Positions 1 through 9,655 are shown, counted from the stretch's first letter. The stretch is 64,000 bases of DNA from Clostridia bacterium (GCA_017415805.1 JAFQEC010000032.1:2411-66410); one strand, 5' to 3'. A program made the numbers and translations. Notes: a model not told the origin generated them from the letters alone.

Positions 1-57
1 CAAAAAATCGGGCTTTTTCAAGCGTATTTTTGACAAATTCAAATAATTGAGGACAGT

Positions 58-984
58 ATGGAAAATTGTAAGGACTGGACACAGCTGAAGGTCACCGTAA
101 AGCGCGAGCACCTGGATGAGCTGGTCGCCATTATGAGCATGATCCAGAACAATCTGATGATCGAGGATTTCAGCGACATTGATCTGACCTCGTGCTACGG
201 GGATCTGATTGACGAGAGTATTCTGAACGCCGATAAAACGGTTGCGTCGGTTTCGGTGTTCCTGCCCGCTGACCGCCCCTTTACCGATGCCGTGTCGTTC
301 CTGCGTGAGCGCATGAGCGCCGCCGCACTGGAGGGCAAGGTGGAGATGATCGGCGTCAACGAGGAGGATTGGGCAAACTCGTGGAAGGCGTATTATAAGA
401 CCTTGCATATCGGCAAGCGCATGGTTATCGTGCCCGCATGGGAGGATTATACCCCCGCCGAGGGCGAGATCGTCGTGCGTATGGATCCCGGCATGGCGTT
501 CGGTACGGGTACGCACGAGACCACGCGGCTTGTGATCGAGCTGTTGGAGCAGTACACCAAAAAGGGCACGCGCGTGCTGGACGTGGGCTGCGGAAGCGGC
601 ATTCTGGCCATCTGTGCGTCCAAGCTGGGTGCGGCGGAGTGCCGCGCCTATGACATCGACCCCGTGGCCGTGCGCGTGGCCGAGGAGAACGTGAAGGACA
701 GCGGGCAGACCAACGTCATTTGCGGTGTCTCCGACCTGTTGCGTCAGGTCGATCTCACGGGCGGCAAGTACGATCTGGTGTGTGCCAACATCGTGGCGGA
801 CATCATCATTCGCATGGCACCCGACGTTGGGAATTACATGAAGGACGATGCGATCCTGCTGGCCTCGGGTATCATCACCGAGCGTGCCGAGGAGGTCGTG
901 GCCGCGCTGGAGACAAACGCCCTGCGTGTAGTCGAGCGACACGACGACAACGGCTGGAGCGCGCTCGTTGTGCAAAAAGTATAA
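58..984 (+). CDS. prmA: Ribosomal protein L11 methyltransferase
   Basis: EEDWANSWK, DPGMAFGTGTHETT and VLDVGCGSGILAI motifs; RBS gagga upstream; precedes rsmE. Confidence 0.97.
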   Translation: MENCKDWTQLKVTVKREHLDELVAIMSMIQNNLMIEDFSDIDLTSCYGDLIDESILNADKTVASVSVFLPADRPFTDAVSFLRERMSAAALEGKVEMIGVNEEDWANSWKAYYKTLHIGKRMVIVPAWEDYTPAEGEIVVRMDPGMAFGTGTHETTRLVIELLEQYTKKGTRVLDVGCGSGILAICASKLGAAECRAYDIDPVAVRVAEENVKDSGQTNVICGVSDLLRQVDLTGGKYDLVCANIVADIIIRMAPDVGNYMKDDAILLASGIITERAEEVVAALETNALRVVERHDDNGWSALVVQKV

Positions 985-988
985 AGAT

Positions 989-1018
989 AGCCGTGGAGCG
1001 ATCCACGGCTGTTTTTTT
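989..1018 (+). terminator. Intrinsic terminator after prmA
   Basis: agccgtgga-gcga-tccacggct hairpin followed by g and T7. Confidence 0.85.
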
Positions 1019-1094
1019 GGGCAAAAAATCTGCATGCGGGGAGTCGAAATTGTAGCATTCGTCGAGAACGATGTAAATAATCACAAAAAGGGCA

Positions 1095-1123
1095 TTGACA
1101 AATTGTTGAATTTGCGCTATACT
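1095..1123 (+). promoter_or_regulatory. sigmaA promoter of rsmE
   Basis: TTGACA-17bp-TATACT. Confidence 0.8.
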
Positions 1124-1154
1124 AATCATACGTTTTAAAAAAGGAGGATCGTGT

Positions 1155-1904
1155 ATGCCGCGTTTCTTTGTAAGAAGTGACCAAATCGAAAACGGCACGG
1201 TTACGATCCTGGGGGAGGACGCACACCACATCTCGCGCTCACTGCGCATGGCGGTGGGGGAGAGCATCACGGTCTCCGATATGCAGCGCCGTGTGTATTA
1301 CTGCCGACTGTCGGCGTTTTTGCCCGACCGCGTGCTCGCCGTCGTGGAGCGCGAGGAGCAAGCAGACACCGAGCCCCCGTATACGGTCACGCTCTATCAG
1401 GCATTACTCAAGGGCGACAAGCTGGATACCGTCATCCAAAAGGCAGTGGAGTGCGGTGCGGCACGCATCGTTCCCTTTGAAAGCGAGCGTTGCGTGGTGC
1501 GCTGTAAGCCCGAGGCCGAGGCGCACAAGACCGAGCGACGCTGTCGCATCGCACGCGAGGCGGCCAAGCAGTGTGGCCGCGGGATCTTGCCCGAGGTTCT
1601 GCCTACCGTGTCCTTTTTGGAAATGCTGACGCGCGTAAGCGCGGCCGATACCGTGATCTTTTGCTATGAGGGGGAAAACACCGAGCCGATCGGAGCGTTT
1701 CTTGCCCGAAATCTACCGCGCGCGGGAAGTGAGCTTGCCGTGATCATCGGCAGCGAGGGCGGCTTTTCGCTCTCCGAGGTCGAGCAGGCGCGTTCCTGCG
1801 GCTTTGTGCCCATCGGGCTTGGAAAGCGGATCCTGCGCGCTGAAACCGCGCCGACCTTTGCGCTGGCCTGCATTGCGTGTATACACGAGCTTCAAGGCGA
1901 ATAA
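1155..1904 (+). CDS. rsmE: 16S rRNA m3U1498 methyltransferase
   Basis: MPRFF start, HHISRSLR, QKAVECG, IGSEGGFS, LGKRILRAETA; RBS aaggagg. Confidence 0.97.
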   Translation: MPRFFVRSDQIENGTVTILGEDAHHISRSLRMAVGESITVSDMQRRVYYCRLSAFLPDRVLAVVEREEQADTEPPYTVTLYQALLKGDKLDTVIQKAVECGAARIVPFESERCVVRCKPEAEAHKTERRCRIAREAAKQCGRGILPEVLPTVSFLEMLTRVSAADTVIFCYEGENTEPIGAFLARNLPRAGSELAVIIGSEGGFSLSEVEQARSCGFVPIGLGKRILRAETAPTFALACIACIHELQGE

Positions 1905-1952
1905 AGTTCACAAAAAAATATGCTTTTTTCTGTGAAAAATGGCAAAACCCTA

Positions 1953-1981
1953 TTGCAAATTGCTTAAAAATCGTGTAAAAT
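1953..1981 (+). promoter_or_regulatory. sigmaA promoter of the CdaR-family gene
   Basis: TTGCAA-17bp-TAAAAT. Confidence 0.65.
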
Positions 1982-2032
1982 ATAAGTAATTCTGAGTCAT
2001 AACACATATAAGAAGGATGAGAGGTTAAACAT

Positions 2033-3118
2033 ATGTCAAACAGATTGTTTCAGGGCGTGATTCATCAAATGAAGGATGCGATTGACCGCGTGATCGGCGT
2101 TATGGACGAGAACGGCGTCATCATTTCCTGCTCAGAGCTGGTGAAGATCGGCGAGGTTCGTCAGGGTATCCGTGAGGAGCTGGTTTACGCCGCCGAGGAG
2201 ATCACGTCGGGCGGTTACACCTACCGTCCCGTGTCGGGCGGTGTGAAGGCCGAGTATATCGTGTTTGTCGAGGGCGAGGACAAGATGGCGGCAAAGATGT
2301 CCAAGCTGCTTGCGATCTCGCTTGGCAATATCAAGAACCTCTACGACGAAAAGTACGATAAGGGCTCGTTTATCAAGAATATTATTTTGGATAACATTCT
2401 GCCCAGCGACATTTACATCAAGAGCAAGGAGCTGCACTTCAATACCGAAGAGGTGCGTATCGTGTTCCTGATCAAGTTCTCCAGCAAGACCGATATGATG
2501 CCCTTTGAGATGCTGCAAAACATGTTCCCTGACAAGTCCAAGGATTATGTGATCAGCGTCGGCGAGCACGACATCGTGCTGGTTAAGGACATCAAGCCCG
2601 GCACCGACAGCAAGGAGATCGAGCGCATCGCCACCAATATTGCCGATACACTGTGCACCGAGTTTTATACCAAGGTCGCCATCGGCGTTTCCACCGCGGT
2701 GGATAACATCAAGGATCTGGCGCGTGCCTACAAGGAGGCGCAGGTCGCCCTTGAGGTCGGCAAGGTGTTCGAGACCGAGAAGAACATCATCAGCTATGAA
2801 AACCTCGGCATCGGCCGTTTGATCTATCAGCTTCCCACCACCCTGTGCGAGATGTTCTTGCAGGAGGTGTTCAAGAAGGGAAGCCTGGAGTCGCTCGACC
2901 GTGAGACGCTGATGACGATTCAGTGCTTCTTTGAGAACAACCTCAACGTATCCGAGACCTCACGCAAGCTCTTCGTGCACCGCAACACGCTGGTGTACCG
3001 TCTGGAGAAGATCCGTAAGCTCACGGGGCTTGACCTGCGTGAGTTCGAGCACGCCATTACCTTCAAGGTGGCGCTGATGGTGAAAAAATACCTCAACTCC
3101 AAGCCCGCTAAATTCTGA
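2033..3118 (+). CDS. CdaR/PucR-family transcriptional regulator
   Basis: C-terminal HTH NLNVSETSRKLFVHRNTLVYRLEKIRKLTGLDL; N-terminal sugar-diacid-recognition-like region. Confidence 0.9.
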   Translation: MSNRLFQGVIHQMKDAIDRVIGVMDENGVIISCSELVKIGEVRQGIREELVYAAEEITSGGYTYRPVSGGVKAEYIVFVEGEDKMAAKMSKLLAISLGNIKNLYDEKYDKGSFIKNIILDNILPSDIYIKSKELHFNTEEVRIVFLIKFSSKTDMMPFEMLQNMFPDKSKDYVISVGEHDIVLVKDIKPGTDSKEIERIATNIADTLCTEFYTKVAIGVSTAVDNIKDLARAYKEAQVALEVGKVFETEKNIISYENLGIGRLIYQLPTTLCEMFLQEVFKKGSLESLDRETLMTIQCFFENNLNVSETSRKLFVHRNTLVYRLEKIRKLTGLDLREFEHAITFKVALMVKKYLNSKPAKF

Positions 3119-3235
3119 TTTTTACATTGGGTAAGCGATGCACGGCTTTTGTGCGTCGCTTACCCATGGTTGCTCTATTTGCGTTGATCCGTCGACTGTT
3201 TTTCGCTCCTTTTTCAGTGGATAGAAAGGTTTTTT

Positions 3236-4780
3236 ATGAGATTTTTGTTTTCGATCGAGCCTTCGGTTCTGCAAAGCGAGCGCGCAAGGATCGACGAGAC
3301 CGTTGCGCGCGTGCTTCCCGGCGCGCGCTGGCGCATTGACGCACGCGCAGGCGTGCTCACGGTAGAAACGCCGAATGGCGACATGAGCGCGGGCGAGGCT
3401 CTGCGCCTTGCGCTGCTGGCGGTCGGCGTGCACGCCGTTCCCATGATGCAAGCACCGCAGACCCCGCCGCCGATCTATATGGAAAAAAAGCGCGGCCGCA
3501 CGGTCAGCCTGCCCGTTTTTATCGTCTCGCTGGTGGCGGTGGCACTGGTGGTTTCGTTGCTTGTGTTTTTCGTTTCCTCCGCGCTTTTTGGCGCGTTCGG
3601 CAACGACACGCTGGGCAACACCAATCCGAACCAAGAGGACTATGCTGACAAGATCGCACTGATCGATCAGTTCTTTAAGGAATATTCGATATACGACGCC
3701 GACGGAACGCTGCTGTTGGACGAAATGCTCAAGGCCTATGCGGCCGCTACGGGCGACCCCTACGCGGCGTACTATACGGCCGAGGAGTATGCCGCGATGA
3801 TCGCCGAAAACAATGCCGATCATGTCGGTGTGGGTATTACCGTGGTGTACGACGCGGCCACAAACACCATTCAGGTCGTCAGCGTCCTGCCCGACTCTCC
3901 CGCACTGGCGGCAGGCGTACTTCCCGGGGATCGCATTGTGGCGATCGGCACGGGAGATGCGCGCGTTTTGGTTTCCGAGGTCGGTTACGACGTGGCCGTG
4001 GACGCCTTGCTCGGCGAGGAGGGGACCGTTGCCGAATTCGAGGTTTTGCGCGGAGAACAGACGATACCGTTTGCGATCACCCGCCAAAGGGTCACGACGG
4101 TGTCGGTCACAGGCAAAACGGCCGAGAGCGATCCTACGGTCGGCGTGGTGCGCATTACGGGCTTTGATACCAAGACCCCCGTTCAGTTTGCCGCCGAAAT
4201 GGAGCGACTGATCGGCATGGGCTGTGTGCGCTTCGTGTTTGACGTACGCAACAATCCGGGCGGCGATCTGCGCTCGATCCAAGCCGTGCTCTCCTATTTT
4301 CTCAACGAAAACGATACGGTGCTGAGCACAGTTTATAAGGATGGCACCACGACCGTTTATCGGAACGTCGAGGCCGCCTATACCGACGGCTACGCCGATT
4401 GCAGCATCAAAAAAGAAAACCTTGGTAAATATCGCAATTATCCAATCACCGTGCTGACCAACGGTGCTACTGCCAGCGCGGCCGAGCTGTTTACCGCGGC
4501 GCTGCGCGATCACGGCCTTGCCGGCGTGGTTGGTGAGACGACCTTTGGCAAGGGTGTGCTGCAAAGCATTTACAGCCTGGAATCCTACGGATACAGCGGC
4601 GCGATCAAGTTGACCGTGGGCTATTACAATCCGCCCTCAGGCGTGAATTACGACGGTGTGGGCATCGTGCCCGATACCACCGTGAAGCTTGGTGACGAGG
4701 CGGCGAAAAAGCATCTGTTTTTGCTCACCGAGGCCGAGGATGCACAGCTGCAAAAGGCCATTGAAAAAGTAAAACAATAA
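3236..4780 (+). CDS. S41-family C-terminal processing protease (TM, PDZ, protease domains) with extra N-terminal domain
   Basis: GVGI and SPALAAGVLPGD (PDZ), DVRNNPGG, TASAAELF (catalytic Ser), TFGKG (Lys), GIVPD. Confidence 0.92.
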   Translation: MRFLFSIEPSVLQSERARIDETVARVLPGARWRIDARAGVLTVETPNGDMSAGEALRLALLAVGVHAVPMMQAPQTPPPIYMEKKRGRTVSLPVFIVSLVAVALVVSLLVFFVSSALFGAFGNDTLGNTNPNQEDYADKIALIDQFFKEYSIYDADGTLLLDEMLKAYAAATGDPYAAYYTAEEYAAMIAENNADHVGVGITVVYDAATNTIQVVSVLPDSPALAAGVLPGDRIVAIGTGDARVLVSEVGYDVAVDALLGEEGTVAEFEVLRGEQTIPFAITRQRVTTVSVTGKTAESDPTVGVVRITGFDTKTPVQFAAEMERLIGMGCVRFVFDVRNNPGGDLRSIQAVLSYFLNENDTVLSTVYKDGTTTVYRNVEAAYTDGYADCSIKKENLGKYRNYPITVLTNGATASAAELFTAALRDHGLAGVVGETTFGKGVLQSIYSLESYGYSGAIKLTVGYYNPPSGVNYDGVGIVPDTTVKLGDEAAKKHLFLLTEAEDAQLQKAIEKVKQ

Positions 4781-4811
4781 TAATTTTATACAAGACAGAG
4801 GAGTACCCATC

Positions 4812-5300
4812 ATGGCAAACGAAAAAAGAAAAATGATGACCCAAGAGGGCTATGACGAGCTGGTCCGCGAGCTGAAATGGCGCGAGGGCGAGGAGCGCGA
4901 GCGTATTAAAAACGACATCGTGACCGCGCGCGGCTTCGGTGACCTTTCCGAGAACGCGGAGTACGACGCCGCCCGTAATGCGCAGGCAGAGAACGAGGCG
5001 CGTATTCTCCAGCTCAAATCCGATATTGAAAATGCAGAGGTGCACGACTCCTCGAAGGCGGTGCACGGTGTCATCGGCATCGGTGCGACCGTTCGTGTGA
5101 AGGATAAGGAGACGGGAGAGGAGCTGACCTGGCGCATCGTGGGATCGAACGAGGCCGACGTGCCCGGGGGCAAGATCTCCGATCTTTCGCCCGTGGGTCA
5201 GGCACTCATTGATCATCGCGCCGGCGATGTGGTCACGGGCACCGTTGAGGCATCGGGCTACACCTTTACCTACGAGGTGCTGGACGTTTCGCGCAGCTAA
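4812..5300 (+). CDS. greA: Transcription elongation factor GreA
   Basis: ARGFGDLSENAEYDAA, ISDLSPVGQALI; greA-lysS synteny. Confidence 0.95.
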   Translation: MANEKRKMMTQEGYDELVRELKWREGEERERIKNDIVTARGFGDLSENAEYDAARNAQAENEARILQLKSDIENAEVHDSSKAVHGVIGIGATVRVKDKETGEELTWRIVGSNEADVPGGKISDLSPVGQALIDHRAGDVVTGTVEASGYTFTYEVLDVSRS

Positions 5301-5314
5301 ATAAAGGAGACATC

Positions 5315-6820
5315 ATGGCAGAAGAGATCAAGAACGCGGTCGAGCAAGAGACCGTAGAGGAAAACATCGGCGATCAGCTCCGCATTCGTCGCGAGAAGCT
5401 GGCGGCACTGTGCGCCGCAGGGCAGAACCCGTTTGAAAAGGTCAAGTACGACTTTGATACCTATACCGCAGACATCCACGCCGATTTTGAGGGCTACGAG
5501 GATAAGAACGTCCGCATCGCAGGTCGTATTATGAGCCGCCGCGATATGGGCAAGGCCAACTTTATCGACGTGATGGACGGCAAGGGCCGTATTCAATGCT
5601 ACGTTCGTATCAACGACGTGGGTGAGGAGACCTTTGAGCAGTTCAAAAAGTGGGATATCGGTGATATCATTGGCGTTTCGGGCAAGGTGTTCCGCACCCG
5701 TCGCGGCGAGGTCTCAGTGCATGCCGAGAGCCTGGAGCTGCTGGCCAAGTCGCTGTTGCCCCTGCCCGAGAAGTTCCACGGCCTCAAGGATACCGATACG
5801 CGCTACCGTCAGCGCTACGTGGATTTGATCGTGAATCCCGAGGTGAAGGATACCTTTGTCAAGCGCAGCCGCATTCTCACCGAGATCCGTCATTATCTGG
5901 ACTCCAAGGGCTTTTTGGAGGTCGATACCCCTATTCTCACGCCCTTTGAGATCGGCGCCAGCGCCCGTCCGTTCGTGACGCACCACAACACGCTCGATAT
6001 GGACATGTATCTGCGCATTGAGACCGAGCTGTATTTGAAGCGTCTGATCGTGGGTGGCATGGACCGTGTGTACGAGGTGGGCCGTATCTTCCGCAACGAG
6101 GGCATGGATACCAAGCACAACCCCGAGTTTACCAGCATCGAGCTCTATCAGGCCTTTACCGATTACAAGGGCATGATGGATCTGGTCGAGGATCTGTACA
6201 AGTACCTCGCCGAGAAGATCTGCGGGTCGCTCACGATCCCGTACCAGGGGCATGAGATCAACATGGGCAGCTGGGAGCGCCTCACGATGGTCGAGGCGGT
6301 TCGCAAGTACGCAGGCGTGGATTACAACGACTGGGCTACCGATGAGGATGCCCGTGCCGCCGCTAAGGCCATGCACGTTGAGGTGCCTGCCAATGCCACC
6401 AAGGGCACGGTGCTCGTGGAGTTCTTTGACGCATACGTGGAGGAGAAGCTCATTCAGCCCACCTTCATTTACGATTATCCCGTGGAGAACAGCCCGCTTG
6501 CCAAGCGCAAGCCCTCGGACGCCGCCTTTACCGAGCGCTTTGAGTATTTCATCAACGCCACGGAATTTGGCAACGCGTTCTCCGAGCTCAATGACCCCAT
6601 CGACCAAAAGGAGCGCTTTGAGCGTCAGGTAGCCGCCAAGCGCGCCGAGGACCCCAACACCACGGCTCGCGTGGATGACGACTATATCACGGCACTGGAA
6701 TACGGCCTTGCCCCCACGGGCGGCCTTGGCTTTGGCGTGGATCGCCTGGTGATGCTGCTCACCGACAGCGATTCGATCCGCGACGTGCTCCTGTTCCCGA
6801 CGATGAAGCCGCTGGACTGA
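5315..6820 (+). CDS. lysS: Lysyl-tRNA synthetase (class II)
   Basis: RYRQRYVDL, YLRIETELYLKRL, FRNEG, HNPEFT, GLGFGVDRL, DVLLFP. Confidence 0.98.
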   Translation: MAEEIKNAVEQETVEENIGDQLRIRREKLAALCAAGQNPFEKVKYDFDTYTADIHADFEGYEDKNVRIAGRIMSRRDMGKANFIDVMDGKGRIQCYVRINDVGEETFEQFKKWDIGDIIGVSGKVFRTRRGEVSVHAESLELLAKSLLPLPEKFHGLKDTDTRYRQRYVDLIVNPEVKDTFVKRSRILTEIRHYLDSKGFLEVDTPILTPFEIGASARPFVTHHNTLDMDMYLRIETELYLKRLIVGGMDRVYEVGRIFRNEGMDTKHNPEFTSIELYQAFTDYKGMMDLVEDLYKYLAEKICGSLTIPYQGHEINMGSWERLTMVEAVRKYAGVDYNDWATDEDARAAAKAMHVEVPANATKGTVLVEFFDAYVEEKLIQPTFIYDYPVENSPLAKRKPSDAAFTERFEYFINATEFGNAFSELNDPIDQKERFERQVAAKRAEDPNTTARVDDDYITALEYGLAPTGGLGFGVDRLVMLLTDSDSIRDVLLFPTMKPLD

Positions 6821-6828
6821 TAAAAATC

Positions 6829-6857
6829 AAGCTACCGCCGTTGGCGGTAGCTTTTTT
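6829..6857 (+). terminator. Intrinsic terminator after lysS
   Basis: aagctaccgcc-gtt-ggcggtagctt hairpin plus T tract. Confidence 0.85.
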
Positions 6858-6868
6858 AAGGTGAAGAT

Positions 6869-7618
6869 ATGCAAGAAAATAACAGAAACAGAGAAGAAAA
6901 GTTTGAGGCACACGACATTGGTGCAGGTGTTGCCGCACAGCGCGCAGAGCGACCGCACGGCAAGCTCTACCGCTGGCTGGATAATTTCTGGTATCATTAC
7001 AAATGGCCCGTGCTCATCGGCGGCTTTTTTGCCATCGTGCTCCTGGTCTGTATTCTGCAAATGTGCGGCAAGGAGAGCGAGGGGGACGTGAATATCGTGT
7101 TGGCGGGCCCGTATAGCCTTGCGACCGACGAGACGGCTTACGGTGATCTGCAAAAGTGCCTTGCGGCGGAGCTTGCGCGTGACTACAACGACGACGGTCA
7201 AAAGAAGGTCGACATCATGCACTACACCATTTATTCCGAGGAGCAGATCAAGGCCGCAAACGGCGAGATCCATACGTCGTCCAACACGGGGAATTACGAT
7301 ACCTACAAGGACTATCTCACCACGGGTGATGCGGGAATTTTGTTCCTTGACCCGTGGCTGTATGAGGAGCTGGCAGGCAAGACCGACCATTTGCAGGAGA
7401 TCACCGAGGTGGTGGGCAAGCAGCCCGAGGGCGCACTTTTGGACGAGAACGGCAAATGCTACGGCGTGCGGTTGGGGGACACCGCCCTCTACCGCGAGAA
7501 TAGTGCCGTTCGTATTTTGCCCGCGGACACCGTGATCTGCCTGATGAAGCCGTTGGTGTTCGGGGAGCAAAGCGAGTGGTCGCACACGCTGGAGTATCTG
7601 CGCGCGCTGATCGGATGA
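6869..7618 (+). CDS. Hypothetical membrane-anchored protein
   Basis: WLDNFWYHYKW motif, one TM helix, then a predicted extracytoplasmic domain; host-like codon usage; own terminator. Confidence 0.8.
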   Translation: MQENNRNREEKFEAHDIGAGVAAQRAERPHGKLYRWLDNFWYHYKWPVLIGGFFAIVLLVCILQMCGKESEGDVNIVLAGPYSLATDETAYGDLQKCLAAELARDYNDDGQKKVDIMHYTIYSEEQIKAANGEIHTSSNTGNYDTYKDYLTTGDAGILFLDPWLYEELAGKTDHLQEITEVVGKQPEGALLDENGKCYGVRLGDTALYRENSAVRILPADTVICLMKPLVFGEQSEWSHTLEYLRALIG

Positions 7619-7626
7619 TGTTTTTG

Positions 7627-7659
7627 AAAAAAGCCACGGTTGTGTGCCGTGGCTTTTTT
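7627..7659 (+). terminator. Intrinsic terminator (possibly bidirectional)
   Basis: aaaaaagccacgg-ttgtgtg-ccgtggctttttt. Confidence 0.85.
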
Positions 7660-7769
7660 GCATGTAAAATCGCGTCGAAACAGCATAAAACACAAAGATA
7701 TGTTCTTTTGTGAAAATAAACAAGTTTCTTTTTGAGAGAATAAGAATTCGCATTTTTCGCGCGCGTATC

Positions 7770-7798
7770 TTGACTTTTTCTTTATTATCTTGTATAAT
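7770..7798 (+). promoter_or_regulatory. sigmaA promoter of the miaB operon
   Basis: TTGACT-17bp-TATAAT. Confidence 0.8.
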
Positions 7799-7826
7799 AT
7801 TATATTATATTTCCAAAGGAGACAGT

Positions 7827-9248
7827 ATGTCTGCAAATCCGAATTCTTTCGCAACGCCACACGCGCTTGACGAATGTCGCGCAGTCGTGCGCGCGCACAC
7901 GGCGGCGTTTGCGGCACAGCACGGTCGAAGCCCGCGCTGCTTCGTGCTGACCTTCGGCTGTCAGCAAAACGTCGCGGACAGCGAAAAGCTCTCGGGCATG
8001 GCCGAGGAGCTGGGGTACGAGATCTGCTCCGCACCCGAGCAGGCTGAGCTGATTCTTGTGAACACCTGCGCCATTCGCGAGCATGCCGAGATCAAGGCAC
8101 TCTCGATCGTGGGGCAGTATAAGCACCTCAGGGAGAAAAATCCCGCGCTGCTCATCGGCGTTTGCGGCTGTATGGTGGTGCAGGAGCATCGCCGCGCGCA
8201 ATTGCAGCGCAGCTACCCGTACGTGAGCTTTGTGCTGGGTACTGCGGCACTGCATCTGCTGCCCGAGCGCCTTGCCGAGTGCATCGTGCGCGAGCGCCGT
8301 ATCTTCCGCGCCGATGAGAGCTATGCGATCGCCGAGGGCGTGCCGATCCGCCGCGAGAGCACCTACCGCGCCTTTGTCAGCATCATGTACGGCTGCAACA
8401 ACTTCTGCTCCTACTGCATCGTTCCTTACGTGCGCGGCCGCGAGCGCTCGCGTGCGCCTGAGGCAGTGATTGCAGAGGTTCGTCAATTGGTGGCTGAGGG
8501 CTACCGCGACATCACGCTGCTGGGGCAGAACGTCAATTCCTACGGCAAGGATCTCGGCACGGGCTACACCTTTGCCGACCTGCTCGCCGAGCTGGACAGC
8601 ATAGAGGGGGATTACATCCTGCGCTTTATGACCAGCCACCCCAAGGATGCCACGCGGCGGCTCGTCGACGTGATGGCATCGGGCACGCACATCGCCCACC
8701 AGTTCCACCTGCCGCTGCAATCGGGCAGCGATGCGATCCTGAAAGCGATGAACCGCCATTACGACCGCGCCAAATATCTCGATATTCTCGACTATATGCG
8801 TGAGCGCATGCCCGATATTGCCGTGACCTCGGATATCATCGTGGGCTTCCCCGGGGAGACCGACGCCGATTTTGAGGACACGCTTTTGATGCTCTCGCGT
8901 GCACGCTTTGACAGTATCTTCTCGTTCATTTACTCGCCGCGAAAGGGAACGCCCGCGGCCGAGATGAAGGAGCAGATCCCGCGCGCCGTGCAGAACGCAC
9001 GCTTTGACCGATTGCTCGCGCTTCAAAATGAGATCTCACTCGCGCAAAATCTGCCCTTGGTGGGCACGACCGTGCGCGTGCTTTGCGACGGCGAGAGCAA
9101 GACCGACGCGGGTATGCTGCAGGGCAGGACCGCACAAAATAAGATCGTCTTTTTTGCAGGGGATATCCCCGCAGGAGAATGGGTCGACGTGCAGATCGAC
9201 CGCGCCGAGGCCTTTGCGCTTTACGGCACAATCCGAAATGAAGAATAA
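7827..9248 (+). CDS. miaB: tRNA-2-methylthio-N6-dimethylallyladenosine synthase
   Basis: TFGCQQN, NTCAIRE, CGCM, radical SAM CNNFCSYC, C-terminal TRAM domain; start moved to ATG 7827 behind aagga RBS. Confidence 0.96.
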   Translation: MSANPNSFATPHALDECRAVVRAHTAAFAAQHGRSPRCFVLTFGCQQNVADSEKLSGMAEELGYEICSAPEQAELILVNTCAIREHAEIKALSIVGQYKHLREKNPALLIGVCGCMVVQEHRRAQLQRSYPYVSFVLGTAALHLLPERLAECIVRERRIFRADESYAIAEGVPIRRESTYRAFVSIMYGCNNFCSYCIVPYVRGRERSRAPEAVIAEVRQLVAEGYRDITLLGQNVNSYGKDLGTGYTFADLLAELDSIEGDYILRFMTSHPKDATRRLVDVMASGTHIAHQFHLPLQSGSDAILKAMNRHYDRAKYLDILDYMRERMPDIAVTSDIIVGFPGETDADFEDTLLMLSRARFDSIFSFIYSPRKGTPAAEMKEQIPRAVQNARFDRLLALQNEISLAQNLPLVGTTVRVLCDGESKTDAGMLQGRTAQNKIVFFAGDIPAGEWVDVQIDRAEAFALYGTIRNEE

Positions 9249-9268
9249 ACCGACGAAAGGATACAGTT

Positions 9269-9655
9269 ATGGGAATTTTTGAACTGGCGGCCGAGCTCGG
9301 CCGCACGCTGAAGGAAGACAAGAGACTTGTGGCATTGGAGGAGGCACGCGTCGCATACGAGAACGACGAGCGCGTAGGTCGCTTGATGACCGAATACGAG
9401 GTCCAGCAAAAGGCCATTCAGAACGAGGCGATGAAGGCAGAGCGCAACGACGAGCTGATCCGCATGATCCAGGATCGCATCGACGCGCTGTACACCGAGA
9501 TCACCGAGACCGAGACCTACCGCGCGCTGGAGAAGGCACAAAACGAGGTCAATGAGCTGATGGAAATGGTCAATACCACCATCACCTTCCAGATCACGGG
9601 CAAGACGTCCGCGGGCTGCACCCACGATTGCTCGACCTGCGGCGGCTGCCACTGA
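9269..9655 (+). CDS. YlbF/YmcA (RicA/RicF) family regulator with Cys-rich tail
   Basis: Helical protein starting IFELAAELGRTLK; C-terminal GCTHDCSTCGGCH; sits between miaB and mutS like Bacillus ymcA. Confidence 0.85.
   Translation: MGIFELAAELGRTLKEDKRLVALEEARVAYENDERVGRLMTEYEVQQKAIQNEAMKAERNDELIRMIQDRIDALYTEITETETYRALEKAQNEVNELMEMVNTTITFQITGKTSAGCTHDCSTCGGCH

Noticed and set aside
7710-7826. N-terminal extensions in the ORF track (miaB, pmbA, NhaC-family gene, coaE, dnaE, whiA, nadK and others)
   Set aside because: They run through promoters or upstream genes; downstream starts have proper RBSs or coupling overlaps
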